NCBI RefSeq assembly: GCF_021869535.1
Contig: NW_026262695.1
Span: 1,054,001 to 1,118,000 of the forward strand
Source of the DNA: Mytilus californianus
Lineage: Eukaryota
DNA: 64,000 nt
Direction of reading: 5' to 3'
This document shows, piece by piece, positions 53,256 through 64,000 of the stretch; the first letter of the stretch is position 1, and the number at the start of each line of letters is the position of its first letter. Both the position numbers and the translations under genes were made by a program. Below the pieces are notes generated by a model that saw only the letters and a program-made list of their open reading frames with translations, was not told the DNA's origin and made no database searches.

Positions 53256-54695
53256 GTAATACATTAAGAATTATCCAAATACGCAATATCACAAAAAAAA
53301 ATTGTTTTCCCATATTGAAACCTTGATGCCATACTTATGCTTACTTATCATTCTTTTATACAGTTGAAAACGAACAATTTGTGTTCTTATAACGCATTAA
53401 CATTTACATATCAAATTCGCCAACATGGAGATTTTAGTGAAAACTATCAAAATATTCTGGTATTAAACCCCACCAAGGTATTAAAAATATAATGTGATTG
53501 ACAAACTGCATATTCAAGTAAAAACGGTCATTTGTTGTAACAAACTTGTTGACATACCTTCATTGTCAAAGCATTCGCTAACATGTATGTTGCAGTCCTT
53601 CAAACACACGAATCTTGTCCTGTTTTCAACAAATTTGGTCGGAATTTGAAATGTATGCAAAGTTTTACTACACAAGCTTAACAGGAGTAGATTTGATAGA
53701 GATCCAATCAGGCATATATTGAATCTCAATCGAACATATTATACAGGTATGGAAAGTTTATTATGGAAAATCCTCATATTTCTACGATAGTACAAAATAT
53801 GTAGTCATCAATTTGCAACGGATATTTTAGATGTTTGTAATAAATTATTAAAACTACAAGGATTCATTTTTGTGTGACTAACGTATGACATGTATGATGT
53901 TATTAATTTGTATCCATACTATTATATTTGGAGACCAAAATCTTTTTGCCGGTTTGTCTCCAAGCCGACGATCATCTGAAGTATCATATAATTATAAATA
54001 GTTAGTGTATGTAATGTACTTTATAACTTCATATAGTAATTAATTTAATTCGTGTTGCTTAATTAATTAAACCCCAATACAATTCTGTAGCTGGTTCCTA
54101 ACCGTCTACGTTTTGTAAGCAGGCGGAAATGGTTTAAATGGAAGTAATTTGTCTTGAATTTATGACAATTTGGCCCAGGAAAAACTTGCACCATTCAAAC
54201 ACTCTCACTAATTATTACAAAAGAGGGACGAAAGATTCCAGAGGGACAGTCAAACTCATAGTATTTACAACTTGCATCACTCTATCAAATAAAGGCAACA
54301 GTAGTATACCGCTATTCGAAATTCAAAAATCGATTGAGAAAAAAAAAACAAATCTGGGGTTACAAACTAAAACTGAGGGAAACACATCAAATATAAGAGG
54401 AGAACAACGACACAACAGAACTACAACACTAAAATGCAACACACACAAAAACGAACTATAATATAACAAATGGCCATTTCCTGACTTGGTACAGGACATT
54501 TTAAGAAAAAATGGAGGGTTATACCTGGTTTTGTGGCTAACCAAACCGCCCGCTTGTACGGCAATGTTAAATACAACATTAAAATGACAATACTACATAA
54601 CAGGACTACAATACAAATAAATGGGAGAACGAACATACAGGACAAAGACACACACAAATAATAGCTATCAAAAGGTACCAGGCTTATAATTTAAT

Positions 54696-54739
54696 ACGCC
54701 AGATGCGCGTTTCGTCTACATAAGACCCATCAGTGACGC
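54696..54739 (-). ncRNA. Type I hammerhead ribozyme motif, mutated, inside a dispersed repeat
   Basis: The minus strand reads cgtca-CTGATGG-gtct-tatgt-agac-GAAAC-gcgc-ATC-tggcg. Stems I and II pair; the core differs from consensus at A9 (G) and at 16.2 (GTC to ATC). Confidence 0.75.
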
Positions 54740-55693
54740 TCAGATCAAAAATGTTCGAAAGCCAAAACAAATACAAAGTTGAAGAACATTAAGGACCAAA
54801 AGTTCCAAAGGGTTGTGCCAAATACGACTAAGGTTATATGCCTTGGATAAGAAAATCCTTAGAATTTAGAATAATTCATACTTTTGCAAACAGTAAATTT
54901 ATAAAAATGACCATATAATAGATAAACATGTTAACACCGAAGTGGTGACTTACTCTAGAATAAAAACGAATACGTAAAACAACCTAAATCAGCACATAAA
55001 AAAGGCACAGCCGAACAACGTATTATATGTTATCCGAAGAGATCGACGCACAATATCAAACTCGCACCACTCAAAAAAGAAAAGAAATTTAACAAACTCG
55101 AAGAAATGTGTTTAATCATTAAATTGGTTTCTTCTTCTCGGAGCACCTGTGTCACACCGAGACAGAACTTGCACCACTCGAGAAACAAATACTACAAACT
55201 CACACCACTGAAGAAATGTTTTAAATCATCATAGAGTTGTAGATTGTCTTCTCTTAGTTATTCCCTCCGTTCTTTGGGCGCCCGTATCACACAGAGACAG
55301 AACTTGACTCGCAACATTCGAAAAAAAATACTACGAACTAGCACCATGAGAAATGTTTTAATTATCAGTTTTCTAGGTTGTTTCTTCTTCTTTAAGTTAT
55401 TTCCTCCATTCTAGGAGCACCCGTGTAACATCGAGACATAAGCTACTAATTTGACATTAAAACTCTTATGGAAGAAGAGCTGACAAACTAATAACATAAT
55501 GCATCAGTGCATAAAAACAGTTTGAGAAACACGAACCCAAGCATTGTATCGCCATAAACATTTCAAGTAGTCTTCAAGCCGGTTTTTTTCTAGTTTGTTC
55601 ATAATAGTTAATAGGATGATGTAGTATGAGTGCCAATGAGACAACTCTCCATCCAAGTCAAAATTTGTAAAAGTAAACCATAAATTTATATTT

Positions 55694-58600
55694 CGAGGGT
55701 TCAGAGCAAAAAGGTGCTATCTGCATTTTTCCACTTTTCTTACATTTTCATATAAAACTATGCAAAAAGATCAACTCTATATTGTATAAAAATATCTAAT
55801 ATGTATTTATAATAATTAAACTAATAATGTTAATTAACATAAGGGGCTATCTGCAAATAAAAGAAACCATAAGAGCAAAAGGGTGCTATCTGCAATCCAT
55901 GTAGAGCAAAAAGGTGCTATCTGACAAATAGCACCTTTTTGCCCTCAGTAACTGATCAAATATAAGATAAGAAAAAGCCATGTGTTATTAATTTTATTAC
56001 TTAACATCCTATTTTCTACATGATGCTGATGTATAACATATGTGTATGAATGTGTATTCATTGAGGAAAACAGAATAACATTAAAGACAAAGAAAATTAA
56101 ATTATAAAGGTAAGTAATTAACTATAATTACAATTTAAAAAAAAAAATGATAATTTTTCAATTTTATTTGCGTAAATACAATTAAATTCATTAGATTATG
56201 ACACCAAAAATACCTTTAAACAAAAGCAAAGCAAATCATTGCAGAATATGTTGAGGGTCTACATGGGTGTGTTGATAAAATAACAGTTAAGTACTTGAAT
56301 TATATTCTGTTTATCATGAAATAAAAAATTTCAAACTCATTTTAGTATTATTTTAGAAGGAAATATGATATCCTTCTTTTGAATTGAATATACAGTAACC
56401 TCTTGAATCAAAATATAGCGATAGACTGGGTGTCTACAGAAGTATTCAATTCATGTTGTGATACTTTTGGACTGATAGCATAAAATAGGTCTGAATAAAA
56501 AATTAAAAAAAAAAGTGAAAATATTTCAATTTTTCAGATGGATGGCGAGGAGGAATGGTCAGACTGGTCAGACACTGACCTGCTGAAAATTCACAACTAT
56601 TATGAATTAAATGGTGGACAATCTACAAGTGAACCACATCATACAACAAGTGCCAGTCAAAATCAACATACTAAGAGCCCTGGAAATGGTGACAATGAAT
56701 CAAACCATTGCGTTTCTGAAGAGTCTGAAAGTGGACCATCAAATATTTCAAGTGAGCAATCATCAAGTACAATCATAGACAGGCCAAGTCAGCATGATGA
56801 CATCCCTGGGAATGGTAGATATGAAACCAATGCATGTCGTTCTAATACATCAGAAATAGAACTATCCAGTACTTTAACAGACCAATCATCAGCTAATACT
56901 ATAAGGAATATAAGTGGTGAAAATCAAGATGAAAATATGCAGATTGGATCAGAAAGTACACAAGTACAGCATGAATATGTTCAGTCAAAACACCAAAGCG
57001 TACTTCCAAATAATAAAACGACACCAGAGACTTCTGAACATCGAACTTTAGCTGGTTATACCTCTAATGATTCATCAAATGATGATGCACCACTCATAAC
57101 GCTGACTAAAAACAAACATAGGCTATAGAAACAAGATGCTTTGAGAAAAAGTGCTTTGAAAAGGCTGTTGAATGCTAAACGTTATATAAACAATGTTCGT
57201 GATAAACGTACAAAAGCAAGCAACATGACACCAGTACCAAGAAAAAAGCTTTACTATTTCCGTAAAAGACAAATCCCAATGAAACAGACACCTATGCCGA
57301 CAAGTGATTTGTCTGATGATTCAGGAGATGAACTGTATCAACCAAGTAAAAAGGATCTTCAATCTCCAGACTCAGATATGACATCTGAAAGGGACTCTGT
57401 AAGTGAACCAGAATCTTTATCCAGTATACAGTTGGTAAAACCGAAGCAAAGCCATCGGGACAAAAATTGGAAAAGAAAAGGTAAAAGTTTAAAAAAGAAG
57501 TTTGAAAAGCAGAGGAAAATTATACATGCAACTAGCTCGCAGAGGCACAGATCAGGACCCTGGAAAATTAAAGAAAAAGAAAGTAATGCAGAAGCAAATA
57601 GAACAAACTTAACAGAAACAGAAGCCATCAGATTAAGCCAAAAGGCAGCAATGAATAGAACGATCGAATGTCCAAATCCTCAGGGAAACGCTGGTTGATC
57701 ACATGTCACGTGAGGATTACCACTATAAGAGGTTCATATCGTTTGACCATGAAACAACTGTTGAGGGACAAAATCAAAAATTTGATAGTCTACTGCAAGA
57801 TTGTAGTATTGATGGGCATTGGAACAATGAACTTGCTGACTTCATGCCTTTGGCCTTAGCTAATATGTACAACAGACCATTAAGGATATATTCAAGTATG
57901 GTGTCAAATTCAGTTTATGACATTATTCCTGACTTACAAGACACTGAGCATTCTCAGGAGGATATCAAAGTTGCTTTAATTGCCATAACAGGTCAGGAGC
58001 ATTATGATGCAGTATGTCATTTGGATGAAGTTCTTGAAAGAACCTCTCAAGCAGATCAATCTACAATAGGTGATTGTAGTCCACCGGTTATGAATAATGT
58101 GCGAACACCTATGACGAATAAAAGGAAAAGAAGTACTCCAATAACACCGAGGAAACGTGCAAACTATAAAAGTCCGGTCAAGAAACCACTTTCGAAAAAA
58201 AAAAAAGAATCAAGAAGTTTGGAAAAGAAATGTAAGGCAATTTAATAGAGTACATGGTTTACCTTATACTGGTCTAACAGGAAAAGAACAAGCAAAGAAA
58301 AAGATGCAATATCGTGACTGTTCAAAATGTAAATTCCAATGTTCTTTAAAGATAAAGGAACAAGCAGGGGATATTGTCACCACTTATTATCAGTTGGGAT
58401 CATATGAGAAGCAAAGAAACTTTATTTGCCAACATGTAGAGCAAACTAAGGCCAAAAGATGTACCACAAATAGAAAAGAAAATTCCAACACATATTTTTT
58501 AACTACAGACGGGAAATTGAGCGAGTTTGTAAAGCTTTCTTTCTGGGAATACTTCATGTCAGCAAAAAAAACAGTAGAATATTCCTTGAAAAAGAAAGAG

Positions 58601-60695
58601 CATGGAGTATTTGTTGGCCGTGATAATCGCGGAAAAAAACCCATCCATAAACCGAACTCCAGAAGGTGATAGGCATTTTATTAGGGAACACATACAATCA
58701 TTTCCAACGGTATCATCACACTATACACGAAAGGACTCAAACCGTCAATATCTTACCTCAAACCTGTCAGTACAAAAGATGCACCAACTTTATGAAAAAG
58801 AATGTCAAAGGAAAGAAAAAAAACCATGTAAAATAAATGTATATAGTGATACTTTCTGTAACGAGTTTAACCTGGCATTTCATAAACCAAAAAAGGACCA
58901 GTGTTCAACATGTACTATCTATTATGAGAAGAAACAAAGAGGTGAAATAACAAAGGAAGACGAAGAACAATTTCAAGAACACCAAACGAAGAAATAGAAA
59001 TCAAGAGAAGAAAAAAGACTCGACAATTGCAAGGAAAGAGCAAAGACAGATAGATCTTTCGCTGCAGTTACCTTCGACTTGGAAGCAGTGCTGCCATCAC
59101 CCTGTAGCATGGTTGGGGATCTTTTTTATAAAAGATGACTGTCAACATACAACCTGTCATTCTATTCACTTGGGGATAGTAAAGGCACATGTTATTTGTG
59201 GGACGAGACGAATGGCGGACATTGACAAGTGACATTGGATCTTGCATACTGATGCACATCAACTCAATAGCGGAAAAAAATACCGCTGTTGAAGAAATTA
59301 CATACTTTTCAGATACTTGTGGTGGTCAAAACAGGAACCAGTTTGTGGCCTCTGCATTGCTGTATGCCTTACATTTTCATTCAAACTTAAAAGCAATTAA
59401 TCACAAGTTTTTTGAAAGGGGTCATTCGGAAATGGAAGCCGACTCCATACACTCGTCAGTGGAGAGAGCAAAAAAAGTACAAAGGTATACCATCCGTCAT
59501 AGTGGGACACTGTCGTGTCAATGGCGAGGAAGAGAAATCCTTATATAGTTATTCCAGTAAACTATAGAGATTTTTATGACATAAAAGACTTAAAAACCGA
59601 CTTTAACATCAATTTGAAAAGAACGGAGTCGGGAGAAACAATAAATTGGCTGAAAGTCAAGTGGATTCGGGTAACGAAAGAAAATCCAGGAAATGTATTT
59701 TTTAACAACGGCTTTGATCCTGAGAATTTTATGGAAGCTAAGTTCCAGTCAAGTAGTTAAAGAGGAAGAAAAAAGAAGACTGGAAATATTAAACTGTCAC
59801 CTTTGTATGAGTTTAAACTACAAATTTCTGCTGCAAAGAAAGCAGATCTCCTATCATTGTTCAAGAGCGGGGTTATCCCAACTACATATCACTCGTACTA
59901 TGAAAGTCTTCCGGTTGGAAAATTAGTGAAGGACACCTTGCCAGAGCCAGACATTACAGAAGAAGATTTAATAGACAACATTTAATTCAAATCAAAAGTT
60001 TAATGTTGTATCCTTGTAACAAATGATAAATCATGTTCTATTCAGTTTTGTTTTTAATTACAAAAAGCCGACCGACAAAAGGTACCAGAAAAAAATCTCT
60101 GAATGCTCATACTATTGTCAGGTCAATGTCATACAAAATCTAAATAAAAAATCAACATTATTCATCAAATTTAACTGACGAAACTATACTGTTAAAATCT
60201 TAAATGAAATACAGAATAAACCAAACACAATTTTATTCACTTTTTTTTTGCTTGTACTGACTGTAGAACAGGGCATATTTTATTACAAATTAGTGAAACA
60301 CTTCCGTCTGTATAAATATAATCCAAAAAATTGTCAAAAACCTAACTTAAGCAATAATAGATTGATAATATTTAAAACACTAACATGATTAAACAGAAAA
60401 AATGTTGAGCAAAAAGGTGCTATATGGCAGATAGCACCTTTTTGCTCTAAATTTTTGTCACCTTTGTCAATAGGCAAAAAGGGGCTATCTGCATTGACCT
60501 ACTTTTATCCTATTTATACTTACTTAATCATTCCAAACTTTTGACAAATTACACACACCAACATTATCTCATATTTGACCAATTTATAGATCATATAAAT
60601 GACAAACTGATTTTTGATAATTTGATAAACCTTTAAACTCGATTTTCTCAAAACTATGAAATATGCAGATAACCCCTTTTTGCTCTGAACCCTCG
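55694..60695 (+). mobile_element. Full-length Sola1-type DNA transposon (5,002 bp), coding region decayed
   Basis: 33-bp TIR CGAGGGTTCAGAGCAAAAAGGtGcTATCTGCAT with 2 mismatches, and ATTT duplicated at 55690 and 60696. Transposase motifs: HIQSFP..SHY.R, KPKKDQC..C, FDLEAVLP, FSDTCGGQNRN, FFERGHSEMEADSIHSSVE. Confidence 0.88.
56538..59985 (+). pseudogene. Disrupted transposon ORF: acidic low-complexity N-terminus, OTU-like domain, Sola1 DDD transposase
   Basis: Consecutive overlapping ORF pieces (56538, 57141, 57703, 58157, 58602, 59189, 59515, 59803) are joined by stops and frameshifts. The acceptor ttttcag lies directly before the ATG at 56538. Confidence 0.8.
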
Positions 60696-62624
60696 ATTTG
60701 TTCTTTGAAAGTATAAAGTTAATTTTTTTACATGATTAAGAATGACTATTCAATTACAATAAAGTGTCCATAATATTCGAAGTCCAGATTTGACCTAAAG
60801 TACTGCAACTACTTTAAAAGTTTAATTAATAAGCTTGACCCTACATTATCCTTGATTGATTTATGTTTGTTACAACGATATTAACGTATATTAGTTGTAA
60901 AATCACTGCCACAATCTTTAGTAGAGACATTGAATATTTTAAACTGTTCGAACATTTCATCAGTGTGTTTGTTTACGTTATTGTAGCGTAGTCTTATGTA
61001 ATCTGTCAAAATCGATTAAAAGACCGAAGAAACAATTTGTTATGACCAGTTTATATTTCTGTTTTTATACAAAATGGCTTGTTCCCTTTTTAAAATGATT
61101 TTATTGTAAGAGAACCAAGTGTGAAGTTGTCTAACACTCTTGTTTTGCCACGTACGGTAAAGTTTAAATGTATATATAATATTCAAGTATTCAATAAAAT
61201 GTGAGTATTGAGTGACAGGACATTCTTATAAATTCTGCATTGATAAATCTAGAAATCATTAAGGAATTAATTCAAAATGGATCTAAGGAGCATTTGGCTT
61301 TACAATAAAGGTCCCTTTGTTAATGTAAATAGATAAAGGAAGATGTGGTGTCAATGAGTGTCAATGAGACAACTCTCCATCCAAGTCACAATTATAAAAG
61401 TAAAGAGCCTAGGCTCACACCGAACTCTGCATGTATTCGAATATTTATACATCCTTGGACTCTCATTGTTTGGGTTAAAGCGTTCCTAGTGAAATTAAAT
61501 ACAGAAAAGCGCATCGGACGGACAAAATTTTTAAATGTTTAGTGCAAAATCTTTATTATCATGCTGTGGTTTCTTTTGTGTGCGACATATGCGTATGTAA
61601 TAAAGGGCACACTGTTGTCGTCTTTCTATCAAATAAAGTTCTCAACTGCATCCATCAGTAACCTTAAGTTTTTGTTTATTACATGTTCATTATCCACTAT
61701 GCTGAGGTTTCCTCTAATAACATAATACGTAGGACTGTATTTGTCTGTGGATGAGATTAAAAAAAGTTTTGAAGTTTAAAATTTATATTCTTAAGAACAT
61801 TTGTTCTTTTAACGCTTCTGAGAGAGAAAACTTGGATGCAATGGGTGTTTTGTAGGAACGTGATATATCTAAAGTGAGCAAGTATTGATTCTGGTCAACT
61901 TTTGTGGAAAATATTAACAGTATGTATAGCATCAGTACCGTTATGTTAAATATATAAGTAAATGCTACTAAACTATAAGTTTTTTGAAGTCGTTTATGTC
62001 GAAGGATGAAATAGCCGTGAATATCACTGTATGTGTGTGTGTTTATTCCACATTGGCTAGATGTATCGGGGAATGGTTGATATATCACAAAACATGTTTA
62101 ACCCCGCTGAATTTTTGTATCTTTCCCAAGGTCAGGAACCTCTAGAATTTGTTAGTCTTGTGTGTATTTTTAAATTTTGGTTCATTTTTATGTTTCGTAG
62201 TTTAGTGTGGCGTCCTTTTCGTTGAACTAATATACATTATTGATTAGGGGTCAGCTTTAACCCGACTCCGGCAGTAGGATTGTCGCACTATTTAAAGACC
62301 ATTGTTTTTTTGTTCTTTGAAAGGTTTGTTATCACTTTAAAAGATTCCTTGTTTCTATTCTCTCTTCTATTGTATTAACAGTATCCTTAACCATATTTTG
62401 CACAACTTTTCGGAGTTTTTGTTTTTCAGTGCTTGTTAACGTAGCATTTGATTTGATCACTTAAATGTCTAGATTAGAACGTCACAGATGCGCCTTATAT
62501 AGACGGCGTGTTTCGTTGAAGTATTGTTGTTCAATAAAACCATATACATATTTTGTAAATTGTTTTAAAATAAACTTTGTACATTGTTATGTCTCAAATA
62601 AACTTTATATATTGTGATGTTAAA

Positions 62625-62945
62625 CGGCTCCCTTTCCCCCAAATATGACCTACCGAATTAGACTTATCAACGGGTTTCTTTTTACATGAGCAACACGATA
62701 GGCGCAACATGTGGAGCAGAATCCGCTTACCCTTCCGGAGCACATGAAATCTCATCCATTTTTTGGTTGGGTTCTTGTTGCTCAGTCATTGGTTTTTCTA
62801 TGTTGTGTTTTGTGTACTGTTGTTTGTCTGTTAGTCTATTTGCCTGTTTGTCTGTTTGTCTTTTTCTTTTTCAACCATGACGTTGTTAGTTTATTTTCCA
62901 TTCACGAGTTTAAATGTCTATATAGTATCTTTCGCCTCTCTTTTA
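62625..62945 (+). repeat. 3' tail of the Naiad-type element; other copies at about 2487-2683, 13391-13620 (-), 40195-40405 and 51375-51640
   Basis: Matches 49400-49690 (tgaccttaccgaattagact..ggagcacctgagatcacc..gtttgactgtccctctggtatctttcg). Confidence 0.8.
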
Positions 62946-63169
62946 TATGAGTGATACAGTGTCTGAAATTCAATAGTCTTGTTAAACACCGCATCTGATT
63001 ATTTCCTATATAAATCCAAATTGCTTCAAACTTACAATGGCAGTCCCCAGAACACTACATGTATGCCGAACTCATGCTTTCACATTTTACTGTTCAGTTT
63101 ATTGCAAAATCTAAATCAAATCCTTACATAAAGAAAATATCTTTTAAAGCTAACATCATAATTGGCATG

Positions 63170-63570
63170 TTTTCATAGTTGCAAGTGGATGTATTTGAAA
63201 CCTCATCATCAACAAAGTTATTGACGAAATCTATTACACTGGTTTGAAGATTATTTACGTGATTGAAAACAGAGAGTAGTATAACATAATACGTCTCCTT
63301 CCTTTTGTAATGTTTAAGCTGGTGTTTCACAGAGATACATTCTGAGGCCTCTTCTCTTTGTCTTATATATTAATGATATTGCTGATAAGCTTACATCACG
63401 GAGTCGGCAATTTGCTGATGACACGTCATTCAGTTATTCTGGTAACGATGAATAATGGATGAGATCTGTTATCGACCGCTATCTGAAAGAGCAAATGGCT
63501 TGTGTCATTTAACCCTGATAAAACCTAAATTATGATTTTCTCAAATATTGAGATTCCAGACTTTTCAAAT
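63170..63570 (+). mobile_element. Decayed CR1/L2-group LINE reverse transcriptase fragment
   Basis: NLLHWFEDYL..KQRVV..AGVSQ..PLLFVLYINDI..RQFADDTS..WLVSFNPDKT, with stops and frameshifts. Confidence 0.75.
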
Positions 63571-63571
63571 C

Positions 63572-64000
63572 AAAAGAGATGATTTCGGCTTCCCAATTGT
63601 GACCTTTTCATTTTTAATCCGAGAATTCTGAATGGTGAAGTTGAAATCATCAATTCGTAAATTTTACGGACTCCATCACGAGTTAATTGACCGTTATGGA
63701 ATATCCGTTTCACAGATGATATCGGATATGTTCCTTATGTCATAACTAAAATCTCGATCCCTTTTCACGAATGTGACCTACCGAATAAGACTAATTATCG
63801 GATTTGTAATAACATGAGCAACACGACGGGTGCCACATGTGAAGCAGGATCTGCTTACCCTTCCGGAGCACCTGAGATCACACCCCCTCTGTTTTTGATA
63901 GGGTTCGTGTTGCTTAGTCTTTAGTTTCTATGTTGTGTCTTCTGTACTATTATTTGTCTGTTTGTCTTTTTATTTTTGGCCATGGAGTTGTCAGTTTGTT
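63572..64000 (+). mobile_element. Internally deleted 3' fragment of the Naiad-type element, running off the window end
   Basis: aaaagagatgatttcggcttcccaattgtg matches about 49089, and atggtgaagttgaaatcatc..gaccgttatgg onward matches about 49276-49640. Confidence 0.8.

Noticed and set aside
57359-57628. Antisense ORFs overlapping real exons or transposon ORFs (e.g. 2092, 16497, 19704, 22867, 57359, 58390)
   Set aside because: They are shadow frames of coding sequence on the opposite strand.
61561-61592. MLWFLLCATYA followed by gtatgt as a possible signal-peptide exon of a third gene
   Set aside because: It is too short and no compatible downstream exon was found in the window.

Overview
AT-rich eukaryotic DNA that looks like a bivalve mollusc; a Mytilus-type genome is inferred from the repeat families and is not proven. 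The short ORFs in the six-frame track are mostly exon fragments, repeat-derived frames or noise, so genes were rebuilt by reading splice sites. Four main components: (1) A + strand multi-exon gene from about 2.1 kb to 35.75 kb encoding a mosaic extracellular protein. Sixteen coding exons from 8505 onward (15 internal plus a terminal exon) splice into one open frame of about 1,140 aa: orphan Cys module, EGF, VWD-C8-TIL, EGF, SUEL lectin, EGF, VWD-C8-TIL, EGF, linker, kringle, stop. Upstream and between the 5'-most intact exons lie dead phase-1 exons (SUEL, three EGF, a FAMeT-like domain) and a 9-nt microexon. The gene start was not found. (2) A second + strand gene from 42997 with a signal peptide, a C-type-lectin-like segment and a WSC-like segment; its 3' end is unresolved. 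(3) A complete 5,002-bp Sola1-type DNA transposon (55694-60695, 33-bp TIRs, ATTT target duplication). Its decayed ORF fuses an OTU-protease-like domain to the transposase. (4) Many retroelement and MITE remnants: 5'-truncated Naiad-type Penelope-like elements and their tails, a hammerhead ribozyme, a CR1 RT fragment, TTAA-flanked MITEs, a Helentron-associated element, a tRNA-SINE and two minisatellites. There is one assembly gap (40424-40659).
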